The notes under the pieces: model-generated
Seen by the model: the letters and a program-made list of their open reading frames with translations, nothing else
Databases searched by the model: none
What the model was told of the DNA's origin: nothing
Source: Burkholderiaceae bacterium
GTDB taxonomy: Bacteria > Pseudomonadota > Gammaproteobacteria > Burkholderiales > Burkholderiaceae_C
Direction: 5' to 3'
Assembly: GCA_040383055.1 (NCBI GenBank)
Contig: JBEIEH010000001.1
Location: 1 to 40,603 of the forward strand
DNA length: 40,603 bases
Part shown: positions 10,553 through 18,900 of the stretch, in pieces
How positions within the stretch are numbered: the first letter of the stretch is position 1
Layout of the letters: each line of letters opens with the position of its first letter
Translations under genes and position numbers: made by a program

Positions 10553-11668
10553 GTGAAACCTTTTGTCCGCCACGCCCTGCTGCGCCAGCGCGAACGCCTG
10601 CACGAACTCGACGCCCTGCTGTCCGCCCCCGATGTGATGGACAGCATCGAGCGCTTTCGCGCGCTCAGCCGCGAACACGCCGACACCAGCGCGCTGGTGG
10701 AGCGTTTTAACCGCCACCAAGCGCTGGAAGCCGAATGGGGCGAGGCCCAAGGCTGGTTGGGCGGCGCAGATGCCGAGCTCGCCGAGCTGGCGCGCGAGGA
10801 ACTGCCGCGCTTGCAAGCGGACATCGCCGCGCTCGATGACGAGCTGCAACAGCGCCTGCTGCCGCGCGATCCGGACGACGCCCGCGCCGCGTTTGTGGAG
10901 GTGCGCGCCGGCACCGGCGGCGACGAATCGGCGCTGTTTGCCGGCGATCTGGTGCGCATGTACAGCCGCTACGCCGCCAACAAAGGCTGGCAGGTGGAGC
11001 TGGTGAGCGAATCACCCAGCGAGCTGGGCGGCTACAAAGAAGCGGTGTTGCGCATCGCCTCGCGCGGGCTGGACGACAGCGGCAGTGGGGTCTATGGCCT
11101 GCTGCGTTTTGAATCGGGCGGCCACCGGGTGCAGCGCGTGCCGGTGACCGAAACCCAAGGCCGCATCCACACCAGCGCGGCCACGGTGGCGGTCATGCCC
11201 GAGCCGTACGAGACCGACGCGTTCAAGCTCAACCCGGCCTAATTGCGCATCGACACCTTTCGCGCCAGCGGAGCGGGCGGCCAGCACATCAACAAAACCG
11301 ACTCTGCCGTGCGGGTGACCCACCTGCCCACCGGCCTCACCGCCGAATGCCAAGACGGCCGCAGCCAGCACAGCAACAAGGCCAAAGCGCTGCAGGTGCT
11401 GGCCGCCCGCTTGGCGGAAAAAGACCGCAGCGAACGCGCCGCCAAAGAGGCCGCCACCCGCAAAGGCCTGGTCGGCAGCGGCGACCGCAGCGACCGCATC
11501 CGCACTTACAACTTTCCCCAAGGCCGGCTGACCGACCACCGCATCAACCTGACGCTCTACCAGCTGGAGAACATTCTGGAAGGCGATCTGGACGGCGTGA
11601 TCCACGCCCTGCGGGTGGCGCGTGGCGCCGAGTTGTTGGCCGACCTGGAACAGGCGCAAGGGCTGTGA
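10553..11668 (+). pseudogene. prfA: Peptide chain release factor 1, interrupted as sequenced by an in-frame TAA at 11240-11242 (nonsense allele or base-call error)
   Basis: GTG start (MKPFVRH..); [23 protein letters not shown] (RF1 PxT), then [37 protein letters not shown]. Both halves are in one frame, between hemA and prmC. Confidence 0.9.
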
Positions 11669-12510
11669 TGGCGAGCGCCCACTCGCTGGAACAAACGCTG
11701 CGTGCGGCGCAAGCCTCGGGTCTGTCGCGGCTGGAAGCGCAAATGCTGCTGCTGCACGCGCTGGGCCGCTCACCCCACGACCGGGCCTGGCTGCTGGCGC
11801 ATGGCACCGATCCGCTGACACAGGAGCAAGCGCTCACCTTCACCGAACTGCAGCGGCGTTGTCTGGACCACGAGCCCATGGCCTATGTCTTGGGTGAGCA
11901 GGGATTCTTTGGCTTGAACCTGCGGATCGACCGCCGTGTGCTGGCGCCGCGCCCGGACACCGAAACCTTGGTGGAGTGGGCGCTCACGCTGGGCACCGAC
12001 ACCGACAGCCTTGAGGTGTTGGACATGGGTACTGGCAGCGGCGCCATCGCCCTGGCCGTGGCACAACAGCGCCCGGCGTGGCGCGTCAGCGCCAGCGACG
12101 CCAGCGCCGACGCCTTGGCGGTGGCGCAAGCCAACGGTGAGCGCTTGCACACATCGCTGCGGTGGTTGCATGGCTCTTGGTGGGGCGCGGTGCCTGGGGA
12201 GCGCTTTGATGTGGTGGTGAGCAATCCGCCCTACATCGCCGACGACGACCCGCACTTGGCGGCGTTGCGGCACGAGCCACGCTCGGCCCTGACGTCCGGC
12301 TCCGATGGGCTGGACGACATCCGCGCCATCGTCGCGGGCGCACCGGCGCATCTGCGCCCCGGTGGCTGGCTGCTGCTGGAGCATGGCCACGACCAGGCGG
12401 GTGCGGTGCGCGCTCTGCTGCAGGACCAAGGTTTTGCAGCGGTGGACAGCCGCAGGGACCTTGCGGGCATTGAGCGCTGCAGCGGGGGACGCTGGGGCAC
12501 GGCGCGATAA
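11668..12510 (+). CDS. prmC: Release factor glutamine methyltransferase
   Basis: TGATG overlap with prfA; PRPDTETLVE, LDMGTGSGAI, SNPPY, LLEHG. Confidence 0.96.
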   Translation: MASAHSLEQTLRAAQASGLSRLEAQMLLLHALGRSPHDRAWLLAHGTDPLTQEQALTFTELQRRCLDHEPMAYVLGEQGFFGLNLRIDRRVLAPRPDTETLVEWALTLGTDTDSLEVLDMGTGSGAIALAVAQQRPAWRVSASDASADALAVAQANGERLHTSLRWLHGSWWGAVPGERFDVVVSNPPYIADDDPHLAALRHEPRSALTSGSDGLDDIRAIVAGAPAHLRPGGWLLLEHGHDQAGAVRALLQDQGFAAVDSRRDLAGIERCSGGRWGTAR

Positions 12511-12565
12511 TCACGGTTTTGCGCGGGCACCCGCCCGGCGTTTTTTCACAGACACAGGAACGGCC

Positions 12566-12892
12566 ATGAGCGACGTGCAACAGGAAATCGACCAACTGGT
12601 GAAGAACAACGACATCGTCTTGTTCATGAAGGGCAGCGCCAGCTTCCCGATGTGCGGCTTCTCTGGCCGCGCGGTGCAAATTCTGAAAGCCTGCGGTGTG
12701 GACACCAAAGCGTTGACCACCGTCAACGTGCTGGACAACGACGGCATCCGCCAAGGCATCAAGGAATACAGCAACTGGCCCACCATCCCGCAGCTGTATG
12801 TGCGCGGCGAGTTCATCGGCGGCTCGGACATCATGATGGAGATGTACCAGTCGGGCGAGCTGCAGCAAGTGATCGGCGGCAACGCGGCCTGA
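12566..12892 (+). CDS. grxD: Monothiol glutaredoxin (Grx4)
   Basis: LFMKG, CGFS active site, WPTIPQLY, GGSD; AGGA RBS. Confidence 0.97.
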   Translation: MSDVQQEIDQLVKNNDIVLFMKGSASFPMCGFSGRAVQILKACGVDTKALTTVNVLDNDGIRQGIKEYSNWPTIPQLYVRGEFIGGSDIMMEMYQSGELQQVIGGNAA

Positions 12893-12931
12893 CACACCTG
12901 GTGTCGGCGGCAAAACCGTGCCGTCTCCATG

Positions 12932-12953
12932 CCGCCTTCGGGCGGTTTTTTTT
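12932..12953 (+). terminator. Intrinsic terminator after grxD
   Basis: CCGCC-TTCG-GGCGG followed by T8. Confidence 0.85.
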
Positions 12954-13090
12954 CGCCTGAATCGGTCACGGCCCCCTGTCGCACGAGCAAATGGGCATAG
13001 GAACGGCCCCCATTGAGGCTCGGCACGGCTTGTGCTTGAATGAAAGCGCCACTGTGAAGCGCCTCTTTGTTCACCCACCAGGAGCACGCC

Positions 13091-14098
13091 ATGAGCACCC
13101 AGGAACTGGTCCCCGTCGGTCCCGCCATCCAGCTGCCCATCGCCCGCATGCGCTCGGTCTACCGGCCACAAGACGTGGAACGCAAGCTCGCGCAGCTGCA
13201 GGCCAGCGGCGCGGAACGCGAGCACGAAGGCCTGCGCACCACCTACCAGCGCATGTTGGAGCGTGGGCCAGAGCGTTTTGCGGTCAAGCCCTCAGGTGTG
13301 CCTGAGATGGCACCGCTGTATGAGCTGCTGCCCAATTTCACCGAGGTGCTCGACGACGTGAAGCGGCATGTGGCGCTGTGCCAGGACAGCCAAGACAGCC
13401 TGCAACTCACGCCCCTGCTGCTGCTCGGCCCGCCCGGCGTGGGCAAAACCCACTTCGCCAGACAGATCGCAGACTTGTTGGGCACCTGTATGCAGCTGGT
13501 GCCCATGAGCAGCATGACAGCGGGCTGGTTGCTGTCGGGCTCGTCGTCGCAGTGGAAAGGCGCCAAGCCCGGCAAGGTGTTCCAAGCGCTGGTGGACGGC
13601 GAATACGCCAACCCGGTGATCGTGGTCGACGAGATCGACAAAGCCAGCGCCGACGCCCAGTACGACCCCTTGGGCCCGCTCTACAGCCTGCTGGAGCACG
13701 ACACCGCCAGCGGCTTTGTCGACGAGTACGCCGAAGTGCCAATCGACGCCAGCCAGGTGATCTGGGTCACCACCGCCAACGACGAGCGCGGCATCCCCGA
13801 GCCCATCCTCAACCGCATGAATGTGTTTGAGATTGCGCCGCCCGACGCCGAAGCGGCGCGCAAGATCGCGGCCCATCTCTACAGAAGCATCTGCCAGGAA
13901 CACGACTGGGGCCAGCGCTTTGCCCCTCAGCCCAGCGACGACGTGCTCGACGCCTTGGCCACCCTGGCGCCACGTGAGATGCGCCGCGCCCTGATGACAG
14001 CCTTTGGCAACGCCCGACTGGCCCATCGGTACGCCATTGACCCCTGCGATCTGCCCCGTCCGGGCAGCGCCAAGTCGCGCATCGGCTTTCTTCAGTGA
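13091..14098 (+). CDS. Stand-alone Lon-like AAA+ ATPase (no protease domain)
   Basis: AGGAG RBS; Walker A GPPGVGKT, PGKVFQAL, NPVIVVDEIDK, FVDEY, TTAN, IPEPILNRM match the Lon AAA module; only 335 aa. Confidence 0.85.
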   Translation: MSTQELVPVGPAIQLPIARMRSVYRPQDVERKLAQLQASGAEREHEGLRTTYQRMLERGPERFAVKPSGVPEMAPLYELLPNFTEVLDDVKRHVALCQDSQDSLQLTPLLLLGPPGVGKTHFARQIADLLGTCMQLVPMSSMTAGWLLSGSSSQWKGAKPGKVFQALVDGEYANPVIVVDEIDKASADAQYDPLGPLYSLLEHDTASGFVDEYAEVPIDASQVIWVTTANDERGIPEPILNRMNVFEIAPPDAEAARKIAAHLYRSICQEHDWGQRFAPQPSDDVLDALATLAPREMRRALMTAFGNARLAHRYAIDPCDLPRPGSAKSRIGFLQ

Positions 14099-14152
14099 AT
14101 CACACCGGCCGTCAATCCCTGTAGCCAAGAAGCCGCCAACGGTTCTTCAACA

Positions 14153-14200
14153 AAAAAGCCACGGAGTTCGTGACCTAGCGCACGAACTCCGTGGCTTTTT
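14153..14200. terminator. Long bidirectional terminator hairpin
   Basis: Perfect 20-bp inverted repeat AAAAAGCCACGGAGTTCGTG / CACGAACTCCGTGGCTTTTT with 8-nt loop. Confidence 0.85.
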
Positions 14201-14455
14201 ATTGTTACTTCATAGTTATTTTTATCATTTCAAAATGAAATATTGAATATTGGTTTTTAAACTGTTGAATACCAAGCCCAAAACCAAGCGATTTAGCCTG
14301 ATAACAAGGTACTAACAAATACCGCAAAGTACTGTTATCAAAGGATTTTTCCATCATCATGCACAATTGATTCATATCAATTTTCACCCCTTCACATCTG
14401 TCATTTCATCCGCAAAAATACCATCACGTTAGTTTTGATATTTGCGGAGATGAAC
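14201..14455. promoter_or_regulatory. AT-rich non-coding control region upstream of the HExxH gene pair
   Basis: Abrupt switch to A/T-dominated sequence in a GC-rich window; no credible ORF. Confidence 0.6.
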
Positions 14456-14878
14456 ATGACAACAGTGACGACCCAGACCCGCCCGCAGCTGCGCCGTCAT
14501 GCACTGGCACTGGTTGTCGCGCTGGGCGCCTTGGCGCTGGCTTGGCCAACGGCCCATGCCGACAGCAGCTCAGCTGCGGTGGTGCGTTTGGAGCCCCAAT
14601 CCTTGTCCCAGCCTGTTCCCGACTTCGATTTGACCCAGATGCGCGCGCGCGCCATCACCGAGCGCCAACTGCGCCAGCCGGTGGTGCAGTGGGAAACGCT
14701 GCAGGGCAACTTCGCCGCTTGCCCCAAACCCACGGGCGCCCAAGACCTGAATTTGCCGGAACAGGGCTGCGCCGTGGTCGACACCGCGCAGAACCGCTGC
14801 ACGATCTACACCGCCAGCCGGACCACCCATTCGATCATGGGCCACTTGGTGCGCCATTGCTTTGAGGGGAGACTGTGA
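14456..14878 (+). CDS. Small exported 4-Cys protein with degenerate zinc motif (HLVRH)
   Basis: GGAG 6 nt before ATG 14456; signal peptide ending AHA; C-terminal GHLVRHCFEG; paralog of the next gene. Confidence 0.75.
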   Translation: MTTVTTQTRPQLRRHALALVVALGALALAWPTAHADSSSAAVVRLEPQSLSQPVPDFDLTQMRARAITERQLRQPVVQWETLQGNFAACPKPTGAQDLNLPEQGCAVVDTAQNRCTIYTASRTTHSIMGHLVRHCFEGRL

Positions 14879-15228
14879 TGAACTTGCATCGCCTCGTGAC
14901 CCTGGCCATGACCGCTTGCACAGGGCTTGCCCTGACGGGCTGCATGACCATGCAACCGCCCAAAGCCGATCTGGAGTATTTCGAACCGGTGACGCGCGAA
15001 GCCCGCATCATGGCGGCGCCCAAAATCCTCTGGCAGCCGCGCGAAGACGCCGAGGCGATCTGCGCTCGCCTGACAGGCGTGCCGGTGACGCCCTACTCCA
15101 AACCCATGGCCTGCGCGTATTGGAACGTGGCACGCATGGAGTGCACCGTCATCACGCCCCCGTCATACGGCGTGAACTACCTCGGACACGAGGTGCGCCA
15201 TTGTTTTGAAGGCAAATTTCACCACTGA
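14878..15228 (+). CDS. Small lipoprotein with HExxH zinc-binding motif (putative mini-zincin)
   Basis: TGATG coupling; lipobox LALTG-C; four further Cys; C-terminal LGHEVRHCFEGKFHH. Confidence 0.78.
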   Translation: MNLHRLVTLAMTACTGLALTGCMTMQPPKADLEYFEPVTREARIMAAPKILWQPREDAEAICARLTGVPVTPYSKPMACAYWNVARMECTVITPPSYGVNYLGHEVRHCFEGKFHH

Positions 15229-15246
15229 GTCGGTGCCCCCCAACAA

Positions 15247-15278
15247 CAAAAAGGCTTGTCGATTGACAAGCCTTTTTG
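15247..15278. terminator. Bidirectional terminator between convergent operons
   Basis: Perfect 14-bp stem CAAAAAGGCTTGTC-GATT-GACAAGCCTTTTTG. Confidence 0.88.
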
Positions 15279-15309
15279 CTTTCTTGTGCCGTCTGGACCA
15301 TTCGCGGCA

Positions 15310-16332
15310 TCACCTCGGTGAGCCACCGTTGGCGTCACTGGCGCCGGCCGCGGGCGCAGAGGCGCCGGGGGGTGGTACACGCGGGTATTGCAGCGCACGC
15401 TCTCGGGGAGGAGCGGGCGGTGGCGACGCCTCTTTGACCGCAGCGGCCGAAGCGGCGGCTGACGCTGCCTGATTCTTCTGCAGCGCTTCTAGGTAGCGCT
15501 CTCGCTGCAGCGTGACAAGTGCCTGCACATCGCGATTGAGCTTGTCGACATTGCCAACAGAACCCTTGAGGGATTGCACATCTTTGGCCAAGGTTTGAAC
15601 GGCCGACGACTGGGTCTGCAGACGAGAGTTGATGCCCTGCACCTGCTTGACCAGGTTCTCGCTGGTGGCGGCCACCTGCTGCGCAGTTTGGGCTGGCAAT
15701 TGCTGCACCAAGGCCTCGGACTGCTTGAGCGAGGATTCGATGCGCCCTTCGATCTCGGTGCTGGCCTGCTTGAGCGCTTCTTGGCGCTGTGCCATTTCCG
15801 TGAGCGTCGCATTGACCGTGTCGAGCGAAGTCAAGCCTGCGTTGAGTTCAATGACTTTTTTCCCCACCTCGGTCACCATGGCGTCCAGCTGTCCGATACG
15901 ACTGACCATGCGAACGCCCATGATCATGAAAAACAACATGGAAATGAACATGGCCGACACCGCCGCAATCAAGAGCCATTGCAGTTTCTTCTGCCCGGCC
16001 TGGGTGATCTTCTCCAGATCGCCACAGGCGGCTTTGAGCTCACCGCCCAAGGCCAGCGAGGCTTGGGCACTGCGGCCTGCCAATTCACCTGCGTCCAACA
16101 CCAAGGCCGCCACAGACTCCATCTGGGCCTCAATGTGCTCGAATTTGCTGGGTTTGGCCGGCGCTGGCGGCACCACAGTTGGGGCAGGCGCCGCAGCGGG
16201 AGCCACCGCAGGCACCTCAAGAGGCTGAGCAAGGTCGGGCACAGGAGTCGCCACAAAACCATCGGCCGCCACCGGCTCGGCCTCACCGGCCGCCTTGTGG
16301 ACGTCATCGGGCGTATCAGGGGTGTCACTCAT
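15310..16332 (-). CDS. Single-pass membrane protein with long coiled coil, unknown function, last gene of fliK operon
   Basis: AGGAG RBS; acidic Pro/Ala-rich N-terminus, TM LQWLLIAAVSAMFISMLFFMIMGV, Gln/Leu/Ala-rich heptad region, Pro-rich tail. Confidence 0.8.
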   Translation of the reverse strand: MSDTPDTPDDVHKAAGEAEPVAADGFVATPVPDLAQPLEVPAVAPAAAPAPTVVPPAPAKPSKFEHIEAQMESVAALVLDAGELAGRSAQASLALGGELKAACGDLEKITQAGQKKLQWLLIAAVSAMFISMLFFMIMGVRMVSRIGQLDAMVTEVGKKVIELNAGLTSLDTVNATLTEMAQRQEALKQASTEIEGRIESSLKQSEALVQQLPAQTAQQVAATSENLVKQVQGINSRLQTQSSAVQTLAKDVQSLKGSVGNVDKLNRDVQALVTLQRERYLEALQKNQAASAAASAAAVKEASPPPAPPRERALQYPRVPPPGASAPAAGASDANGGSPR

Positions 16333-16739
16333 GAACTTCTCCTTTTGGCGTCGGCAACGCCCTTTCTGCCTTGCAGCTTGTTGAGTTGGGCGCGCACCGC
16401 ATCCAGTTGAGCGGTCATCTCACGCATGCGGGCCTGAGTGGTCGCACTCAGCGATGGGCCCGTCGGGGCTTTGGTCCTGGGGCGCGAGGGACGTGGCGCA
16501 GGCGCGACCGGCGCAGCCGGCACCACCACCGGCACAGGCTCTATCACCGGTTCCACCTTGGCCGCTGGGCGTCGGACAGGCCGGCTTGGACGCGCGGGCG
16601 CAACGGGCACCGGCGCGGGCACGTCTTCTACGCCGTCTTTCTTGGCCTTGCTGTTCGCTTTGCGGTGCGAGGCCACCCCGTCGTTCGACAAAGCGACGGC
16701 GTGGGCCGCCCGGTTGGCGATGAGTTTGGACTTGGCCAT
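16329..16739 (-). CDS. Basic Pro-rich protein with C-terminal amphipathic helix, unknown function
   Basis: ATG 16739 (MAKSKLIANR); stop overlaps next start (ATGA); 136 aa. Confidence 0.65.
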   Translation of the reverse strand: MAKSKLIANRAAHAVALSNDGVASHRKANSKAKKDGVEDVPAPVPVAPARPSRPVRRPAAKVEPVIEPVPVVVPAAPVAPAPRPSRPRTKAPTGPSLSATTQARMREMTAQLDAVRAQLNKLQGRKGVADAKRRSS

Positions 16740-16764
16740 GGCTCTTCGGTGGATGGGAAATGTT

Positions 16765-17721
16765 TCAGGATGGCGTAGCGGCAGCCGCACACACGGTGTC
16801 GCCGTGGCGGGCCGAGGCACCACATCGTGCGCCCAACCAAGCGGGCACTGTCATGGCGACCGCCTCCTCGCGGGGGACTGGACTGCCCGCCGATTCGGAT
16901 GTCGTCGAGGCGATCACGGTGCCAGCCTGCCAATGGGCGGCCTTGGGTGTGTCCGTCGCCGATGGCGACCAACCCAAGGTGGCGCCCAAAGACAAGACGC
17001 ACGCCGCCACCATGGCCGTCGCCACCTGACGCGTTGGAATACGGGCCAAACGCTGCCACCACCGGGGTTTGACCGGTTCATCCTTGTGCGCATCGGTAGG
17101 GGCCGTGCTGTGCCATGCGTCATTGAGCACCGGCACGTGTGACGGCTTGGTCCGTCCATCCCGCGATGGCAAGGTGGCCGCCTCAGCAGACACCGGAACA
17201 TCCCAATGACGCGCACGCTGACCCAGCAAGGGCAACCGGGCGTGATCGTGGTCATCGCTGTCAAGCACCAACACCAGGCGCAACTGGGTGCCCGGCAAAT
17301 CGTTGATCAACTGCACCAGCAGCGTGAGTTCGGCATTGGCCAAAGACGGCGTGTCGTGCAACACAAACACGTGGATATCGCGTTCTTGGTGGTGCTCGCG
17401 CCGCATGGCTTGCTCGATCGTGACCCGCGCCAACAACTCGTTGAGCCGGGACAGCAGCACCTCGGTGCTGCTGGGGAAATAGGGCACCACTTTCACCGAG
17501 TCACGCTGGCGCAAGTCGCGCACCAGCAAGCGGCTGTAGTGATCGAGTGTGTCGGCGTCGCGACAAGACAGCGCCACATGGCAGCGGTTGTCGATCAAAT
17601 CCTGAACCAAGCTGGCGACTTGACGGGCGTCGCCCTCGCTGCGGTAGCCGTTTTGTGCCCATTCGCTGTTGAGCGCGTCGGCCACGGCGGTGTCGCCGGT
17701 GAAGTGTTTGCGCAATGGCAT
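16765..17721 (-). CDS. Membrane-anchored protein with degenerate ExeA/AAA_22-like domain, unknown function
   Basis: AGGAG RBS just after flhB; HVFVLHDTPSL..L..L...QLRLVLVLD resembles the Walker B to sensor region of ExeA-type ATPases, but no GKT; TM VATAMVAACVLSLGATLGW. Confidence 0.65.
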   Translation of the reverse strand: MPLRKHFTGDTAVADALNSEWAQNGYRSEGDARQVASLVQDLIDNRCHVALSCRDADTLDHYSRLLVRDLRQRDSVKVVPYFPSSTEVLLSRLNELLARVTIEQAMRREHHQERDIHVFVLHDTPSLANAELTLLVQLINDLPGTQLRLVLVLDSDDHDHARLPLLGQRARHWDVPVSAEAATLPSRDGRTKPSHVPVLNDAWHSTAPTDAHKDEPVKPRWWQRLARIPTRQVATAMVAACVLSLGATLGWSPSATDTPKAAHWQAGTVIASTTSESAGSPVPREEAVAMTVPAWLGARCGASARHGDTVCAAAATPS

Positions 17722-17744
17722 GGCGTGTTCTCCTGTGACGGGGC

Positions 17745-18900
17745 TCAGGCGGGCTGGGCGTGAACGAGGTGACCTTCGGTGTCAAACAGCATCGAGTCGG
17801 GCACTTTGGGTGAGGGCCTGGCCATGCCCTGCTGCCCGGGTTGCGCGCCTTCCAAGCTGAAGACGTAGGCAATGACCTGGGCAACCGCCAAATACAGCGA
17901 CTCGGGCACGGGCTGATCGGGCTCGGTGGTGAAGTACAGCGCACGCGCGAGTTCGGGCGCCGAGAACAGGTGCACGCCATGGGTGCGCGCTTCTTCGCGG
18001 ATCTTGGCGGCCATGAAGTCCGATCCTTTGGCCACCAAAATGGGCGCGCTGTCGCCGTTGGGGTCGTATTCGAGCGCCACCGCAAAGTGCTCAGGGTTGG
18101 TGATCACCACATCGGCGGTTTTGACGCGCTGGATCATGCGGGCGTTGGCGATCTCGCGCTGGCGTCGGCGAATCTGGGCCTTGACCTCGGGCCGGCCCTC
18201 GATGTCTTTCATCTCGTCATTGATTTCCTGCTTGGTCATGCGCAGGTTTTTCTTGAATTGCCATTTTTGGTACGGCACATCGATCATGGCGATCAACGCC
18301 AAGGTCAAGGACACCGTCAAGGCCGATTTGGCGATCAGCTCACCCGACAAGGTCATGGCCGGTTGCAACTCCATGCGCCCGAGCATGAGCAGCTCTTCCA
18401 AATGGCCCATGAGCATGAACCACAAGGCCGAGGCCACCAACACAAACTTAAGCACCGCCTTGAGCAGCTCCACCGCCGCTTTGGGGCCAAACATGCGCTT
18501 GAGGCCGGCGATCGGGTTGATCTTGTCGAACTTGGGCTCAACCGCTTTCATAGAGAACAGATATCCGCCAGTCAAACCCGCAGACAGCACAGCCAACACC
18601 AGGGTCAAGCCCAAGACCGGCAGCATCACGATCAGGCCATCCACCGCTTGGCTGGCGAAGGTCGCGGGCAGCAAGGTGGGCTGGTCCAGGGTTTTGCGGT
18701 CAAACACAAAACCCCTGAGAAAACAACTGCGTCAAGCGTTCGATCAACCAACTGCCGGTGACCATAAACAAAAGAAAACAGGCGATCAGGATCACGGCCG
18801 CCGGCAACTCGGTGGAGCGCGCCACTTGGCCGTCATCGCGCGCCCTTTGCAGGCGCCGCGCTGTCGGTTCTTCGGTTCTGTCTTCTGAGGATTCAGACAT
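17745..18900 (-). pseudogene. flhB: Flagellar export switch protein FlhB, split as sequenced by one extra base at about 18708-18715
   Basis: N-terminus MSESSEDRTEEPTARRLQRARDDGQVARSTEL from ATG 18900 is in one frame; the rest (KINPIAGLKRMF, MTKQEI, EGRPEVK, NPEH cleavage site, VAKG) is in another. Junction CAG GGG TTT T GTG TTT GAC. Confidence 0.9.

Noticed and set aside
11243-11668. Separate 141-aa GGQ protein (ArfB/PrfH-like)
   Set aside because: In frame with and continuous with the RF1 N-terminal half, no RBS, RF1-type C-terminus; it is the distal part of prfA.
14205-14387. 60-aa ORF in the AT-rich region; also a possible Fur box near 14215-14230
   Set aside because: No RBS or recognisable features and atypical codon use; the Fur match is weak and expected by chance in AT-rich DNA.
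18708-18715. GGGTTTT as a programmed -1 frameshift heptamer in flhB
   Set aside because: Restoring FlhB needs a +1 shift, not -1.
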